From: a virus
Taxonomy: Duplodnaviria > Heunggongvirae > Uroviricota > Caudoviricetes
Direction: 5' to 3' (one strand)
DNA: 10,351 nt
Virus record (IMG/VR): IMGVR_UViG_2778261165_000022
Location: 1 to 10,351 of that record
Shown here: positions 7,440 to 10,351 of the stretch, piece after piece
How positions within the stretch are numbered: position 1 is the stretch's first letter
Layout of the letters: each line of letters begins with the position of its first letter
Made by a program: the position numbers and the translations under genes
The notes under the pieces: model-generated
Told to the model about the DNA's origin: nothing
The model's database searches: none
The model's input: only the letters and a program-made list of their open reading frames with translations

Positions 7440-7754
7440 TTAATTTATTCGTATGCCTTCTCTTTCTTCATCGAGTTTTTTTAGCTTGTATCGCATAGCT
7501 CTTACTGAATAAATTGAGCGGCAGGTTGCAATTGCTATTTCTTCTGCGGAGAACTTACCGAAAAGTGATACTTCGGCTCTTGTCCAGCGTCTTCCACGAA
7601 GTCGGCTAACAATGTCAGCGCCAATCCTTGTTGCTTTCGCCATTACTGCTTTCTCAGTCCTTTCCAGTTTTTCAGCGATAACTTCAACTGGCATTGTTGC
7701 CGCTACTTCGCGCAAGAAATCTACTTCCCATTTCTCCCAAGGAGTCTTTTTCAT
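7440..7754 (-). CDS. hypothetical protein (104 aa) with two internal HTH-like repeats
   Basis: Track ORF with ATG at 7754. Two similar segments, [32 protein letters not shown] and [32 protein letters not shown], share a W-x-x-E-x-x-L...IA pattern reminiscent of GcrA-type helix-turn-helix repeats. Confidence 0.5.
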   Translation of the reverse strand: MKKTPWEKWEVDFLREVAATMPVEVIAEKLERTEKAVMAKATRIGADIVSRLRGRRWTRAEVSLFGKFSAEEIAIATCRSIYSVRAMRYKLKKLDEEREGIRIN

Positions 7755-7765
7755 AGGCGATACCG

Positions 7766-8248
7766 TTATTTGATAAGAAGTGAAGGTTTCCCAACCTTGA
7801 GTTGAGCGCCTGGGATATTTATTCCTGCTTTTAGTTGGTGCTTGATTGCCAACTTGTCGGCTTTAATTGTCGTTTCAAACTCAACGTATTCAGGAGGAAG
7901 GGCGCTTGAGTCGATGATTTCTACAGTTTCTGACGGTTTGCGGATTGTTACCTGGTGAATACCTGCTCGAATCTTTTTCTTGCCAACCATTTCAAGCGAT
8001 GACGCTATATATGATTTGATGCTGTCAATCTTATTTTGAATTACTGCGGCTCGCTCATTCAGCGACTTTGCCTCTTCCTTGAGGCGTTCAGCATAACCAG
8101 ATTCATTTTTAATAATGGCGAGAAGTTGCTCTATTTTATCGGTAAATTCTCCTTCCATGCCTTCTATTGTGTCAGCAATCATCTCTGGATCTAAATCTGA
8201 ATCCATCAATTTTGCGTATTCATTGGCTATTTCATATAGTTTGCTCAC
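7766..8248 (-). CDS. Siphovirus Gp157-like protein
   Basis: Track ORF 7766..8254 begins with a TTG. The GTG at 8248 has GGAGG 6 nt upstream. Sequence pattern (LYEIANEY..., DTIEGMEGEF, GKKKI, VTIRKPSETVEIID, LPPEYVEF, AIKHQLKAG, PGAQL) matches my recollection of the Gp157 family that often accompanies RecT. Confidence 0.65.
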   Translation of the reverse strand: MSKLYEIANEYAKLMDSDLDPEMIADTIEGMEGEFTDKIEQLLAIIKNESGYAERLKEEAKSLNERAAVIQNKIDSIKSYIASSLEMVGKKKIRAGIHQVTIRKPSETVEIIDSSALPPEYVEFETTIKADKLAIKHQLKAGINIPGAQLKVGKPSLLIK

Positions 8249-9143
8249 TGGCAACCTCCAGTTTCGCTTTGCATTCTATGTAAATGGCTTGTACGTTCTG
8301 CTGTAATTTCATTCCAGATGTTAGGCGATATGCTTCTGCAAAATATCGCTTCAAATCATCCATGTTTTCTGCCTGAGCCATTTCATCGCAAAGAAGTTGT
8401 ACTTTATCCATTATTTCCTGCTGGCGTTTCCGTTCATCTTCGCGGATATCTTCCTCTGATTTGTGCGGCATAACTGGTTCAGTCCACACACCTTCTTCTT
8501 CGTTTAGTACGTGAATAGCACTATCAAGACGTGATGCCTTAGGCCAATACTTGCTTGCACGCTTTACGACCGTCTTTCGCGCCATCTCATTCCAGTGATT
8601 TACCCATGGTCCTTTATCGCTGAATGCTGCCTTGCTTGTTTTCCTTACAGCCTCAATTTCAGCCAGACTCATCTCTTCCGTTAGATAATCACCTGCTGGC
8701 GTCTTAACTGTGCAGTAAACGCCAACGATATCACCACGATCACCGAAGGCGTTGTATTTATGGGTTGGTGCTTTATCAAGCCCGTTTGACTCATAGGTAT
8801 CGTTAGCATGAACAAGTTTTGCCTGACCCCATGAGATAACACCAGACTCCATTGCAATATGGAGCAATCCCATATAACTGATATCAAGGCAAACCATGCC
8901 GTCGCGCGGAACCAGATAAGCCAGTTTGCTGGCCGGGTTTAAGGTGATGCCGATCGCCGCAACATTGATGATGGCGTTCTGTGCGCTGGTTGGATTTGCC
9001 AGTGCCGTTTTAGCCAGGTAATCGTTTTTCTGGAAATACTGAATTGCAAACTGGCTTTCCTTAGCCCATGTCACCGTCTGTTCAGTCAATGCTCCGCAGA
9101 ATAACTGCTCTTGCTGTTTAACGAATTCAACGATATTGCTCAT
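8232..9143 (-). CDS. recT: RecT-family single-strand annealing recombinase
   Basis: 303-aa ORF, ATG at 9143 with GGAG 8 nt upstream. The motif GPWVNHWNEMARKTVVKRASKYWP closely parallels GPWVTHWEEMAKKTAIRRLFKYLP of Rac RecT. ATGA overlap with the upstream gene. Confidence 0.85.
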   Translation of the reverse strand: MSNIVEFVKQQEQLFCGALTEQTVTWAKESQFAIQYFQKNDYLAKTALANPTSAQNAIINVAAIGITLNPASKLAYLVPRDGMVCLDISYMGLLHIAMESGVISWGQAKLVHANDTYESNGLDKAPTHKYNAFGDRGDIVGVYCTVKTPAGDYLTEEMSLAEIEAVRKTSKAAFSDKGPWVNHWNEMARKTVVKRASKYWPKASRLDSAIHVLNEEEGVWTEPVMPHKSEEDIREDERKRQQEIMDKVQLLCDEMAQAENMDDLKRYFAEAYRLTSGMKLQQNVQAIYIECKAKLEVASEQTI

Positions 9144-9451
9144 GCAGCTTCTCCAAAAATGTGTCTGCGTTTGAATATTGCGAAGGCATATTCAGCCTTA
9201 ACTCTTTCGGTTATTGCATCCCAGAACCATTCAGCGGCTTTTTCCTGATAGTTACAATCATCATCTTCCAGCCAGTCGATAGCATCCTTAGTATGTTCAT
9301 CTGGTTTATATGAGCGAAGCATTTCGCTTATTGGGTCGCAACGTTTGCAGAGGCGATCAACTTCACTGTTGATTCGTTCGTAATCTTCATCAGTAAAACT
9401 TGCGATAATTTGCGATATTTCACGCTTATCATTCAGAGTCAGAATCATCAT
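9140..9451 (-). CDS. hypothetical acidic phage protein (103 aa)
   Basis: Track ORF with tandem ATG ATG at 9451 and GGAGA upstream. Rich in Asp/Glu. Translationally coupled to recT. Confidence 0.55.
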   Translation of the reverse strand: MMILTLNDKREISQIIASFTDEDYERINSEVDRLCKRCDPISEMLRSYKPDEHTKDAIDWLEDDDCNYQEKAAEWFWDAITERVKAEYAFAIFKRRHIFGEAA

Positions 9452-9532
9452 CTTTCTCCTGTTCTTTGTGCTGATTGAGCATTTTGTTCATCTGACGAAT
9501 GAATTCTTCGTCTGACCAGTTATCTGTAAAAC

Positions 9533-9685
9533 TCATTTCCTGCGATACCACGGAAGGTTGATAGCTGATTTCATCGCTTTATTTGCTTCAAGCCACATTT
9601 TTGAATCACCAATAAATCTGGCTATTACTGCTTTGTTTTGTGCAGCACGAAGCATCTGGTGATTGATGGCTATTTCATTGCGCAT
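9533..9685 (-). CDS. hypothetical small protein (50 aa)
   Basis: Hand-translated: MRNEIAINHQMLRAAQNKAVIARFIGDSKMWLEANKAMKSAINLPWYRRK. ATG preceded by GGAGG at 5 nt. Coordinates approximate. Confidence 0.4.
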   Translation of the reverse strand: MRNEIAINHQMLRAAQNKAVIARFIGDSKMWLEANKAMKSAINLPWYRRK

Positions 9686-9804
9686 AACGCCTCCAGTTGT
9701 TTCTTTGCTGCTCTGATTAATTGTTTAACTCGGCGTGATAATTCAGATTCGTGCGGGTAGAAAGCGGACATGACGCCGCTACCCGCGAGCTGAAAGTGCA
9801 TCAT
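9670..9804 (-). CDS. hypothetical small protein (44 aa)
   Basis: Track ORF 9670..9855. The in-frame ATG at 9804 (MMHFQLAGSG...) has AAGGAG about 7 nt upstream. 3' end overlaps the next ORF's start by 16 nt. Confidence 0.4.
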   Translation of the reverse strand: MMHFQLAGSGVMSAFYPHESELSRRVKQLIRAAKKQLEALCAMK

Positions 9805-9887
9805 GGGTAACTCCTTATATTTGATTGCATAACGAAAACGCCTCAAGTGAAGCATTATTGGTATGCGGTAAAGCCGCGCTTGGCGGC

Positions 9888-10225
9888 TTATTTGAAGACT
9901 TCTATGAAATCAAGAACTGATGATATTTCGTGGTTGAATGATTTTCTTTTATATCTTTCTATCGCAGAATCTACCTGGTGTTTATAGTCATCGTCGTTTG
10001 AGTATTTAACGAAGCATTCTATTGTCTCAGGCGTTACAGCCATAAGGCTCCACCAACCTTCATCAGATTGATATTCAAATCCCATGCTTTCAAGCCATCC
10101 AGCATATTTCCCTCCAGCATCTTGCCAGTGAGTCTTTTCTGCAAGAAAACTGTTAACCGTCATATGTGCATCAAGGCATTTATCCAACTGTTTACCATTA
10201 AGCAGCCATGCGCTGACAGTTGCAC
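9888..10225 (-). pseudogene. prophage early gene, probably truncated at its 5' end by IS2
   Basis: Track ORF 9888..10253 begins with a TTG inside the IS2 terminal repeat. The first native ATG (MTVNSF..., 10163) has no Shine-Dalgarno. The frame stays open up to the IS2 boundary, consistent with loss of the true N-terminus. Confidence 0.45.
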
Positions 10226-10351
10226 TAGACTGGCCCCATGAATCTCCAGACAACCAATATCACTTAAATAAGTGATAGTCTTAATACTAGTTTTTAGACT
10301 AGTCATTGGAGAGCAGATGATTGATGTCTTAGGACCGGAGAAACGCAGACG
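10226..10351 (+). mobile_element. IS2 (IS3 family) left end, partial; continues beyond the window
   Basis: TAGACTGGCCCC.TGAATCTCCAGACAACCAATATCACTTAAATAAGTGATAGTCTTAATACTAGTTTTTAGACTAGTCATTGGAG matches the IS2 left terminal region as I remember it, followed by the insC start. Confidence 0.8.
10317..10351 (+). CDS. insC: IS2 OrfA transposase (InsC), N-terminal 11 codons only
   Basis: ATG at 10317 preceded by GGAGAG. Translation MIDVLGPEKRR matches the InsC N-terminus (MIDVLGPEKRRRRTTQEK...) from memory. Confidence 0.75.
   Translation, partial: MIDVLGPEKRR

Noticed and set aside
6712-7498. Plus-strand and alternative-frame ORFs (70-116 aa) over the Ea22-like gene and its neighbours
   Set aside because: Ser/Leu/Phe-rich low-complexity translations opposite a coiled-coil gene. 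No ribosome-binding sites.
8115-8887. Plus-strand 63-aa ORF over the Gp157/RecT junction and minus-strand 68-aa ORF nested in recT
   Set aside because: Nested in confidently assigned genes, with no start context.
9429-9536. Possible 35-aa minus-strand ORF (MSFTDNWSDEEFIRQMNKMLNQHKEQEKDDDSDSE) overlapping the start of the 103-aa gene
   Set aside because: Only a weak AGGA with very short spacing, and it overlaps another gene out of frame. Kept as a note, not a feature.
10262-10285. Operator-like palindrome TATCACTTAAATAAGTGATA resembling lambda-type repressor half-sites
   Set aside because: It lies inside the IS2 left terminal region, so it is part of the insertion sequence's own end and promoter region rather than a prophage immunity operator.
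1-10351. CRISPR arrays, rRNA genes, retron-like ncRNA with reverse transcriptase, or large defence enzymes
   Set aside because: No regularly spaced repeat-spacer array was seen, and no ORF is long enough or has motifs for Cas, reverse transcriptase, a helicase or ATPase, or a restriction enzyme.

Overview
The window holds the junction between an enterobacterial (E. coli-like) core chromosome and the left arm of a lambdoid/P22-like prophage integrated at tRNA-Thr (thrW). Core: proA (1..1254, +) and an intact 76-nt tRNA-Thr(CGU) (1369..1444). Prophage: from 1459 to about 10225 every gene is on the minus strand, in the classic early-left order read right to left: small early ORFs, RecT-family recombinase, Gp157-like protein, Ea22-like protein, DUF551 protein, an accessory block (including an AntA-like protein) separated by intrinsic terminators, then xis and int. 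The right edge (10226..10351) is the left end of an IS2 element, which appears to interrupt the prophage early-left operon. No CRISPR array, rRNA or recognisable complete defence system was seen. The best candidates for undescribed biology are the terminator-insulated accessory genes between xis and the DUF551 gene and a highly structured 324-bp intergenic region. All homology calls are from reading the translations and from memory of protein families; no searches were run. Coordinates taken from the ORF track are exact; hand-derived ones (small ORFs, hairpins, IS2 boundary) may be off by 1-2 nt.
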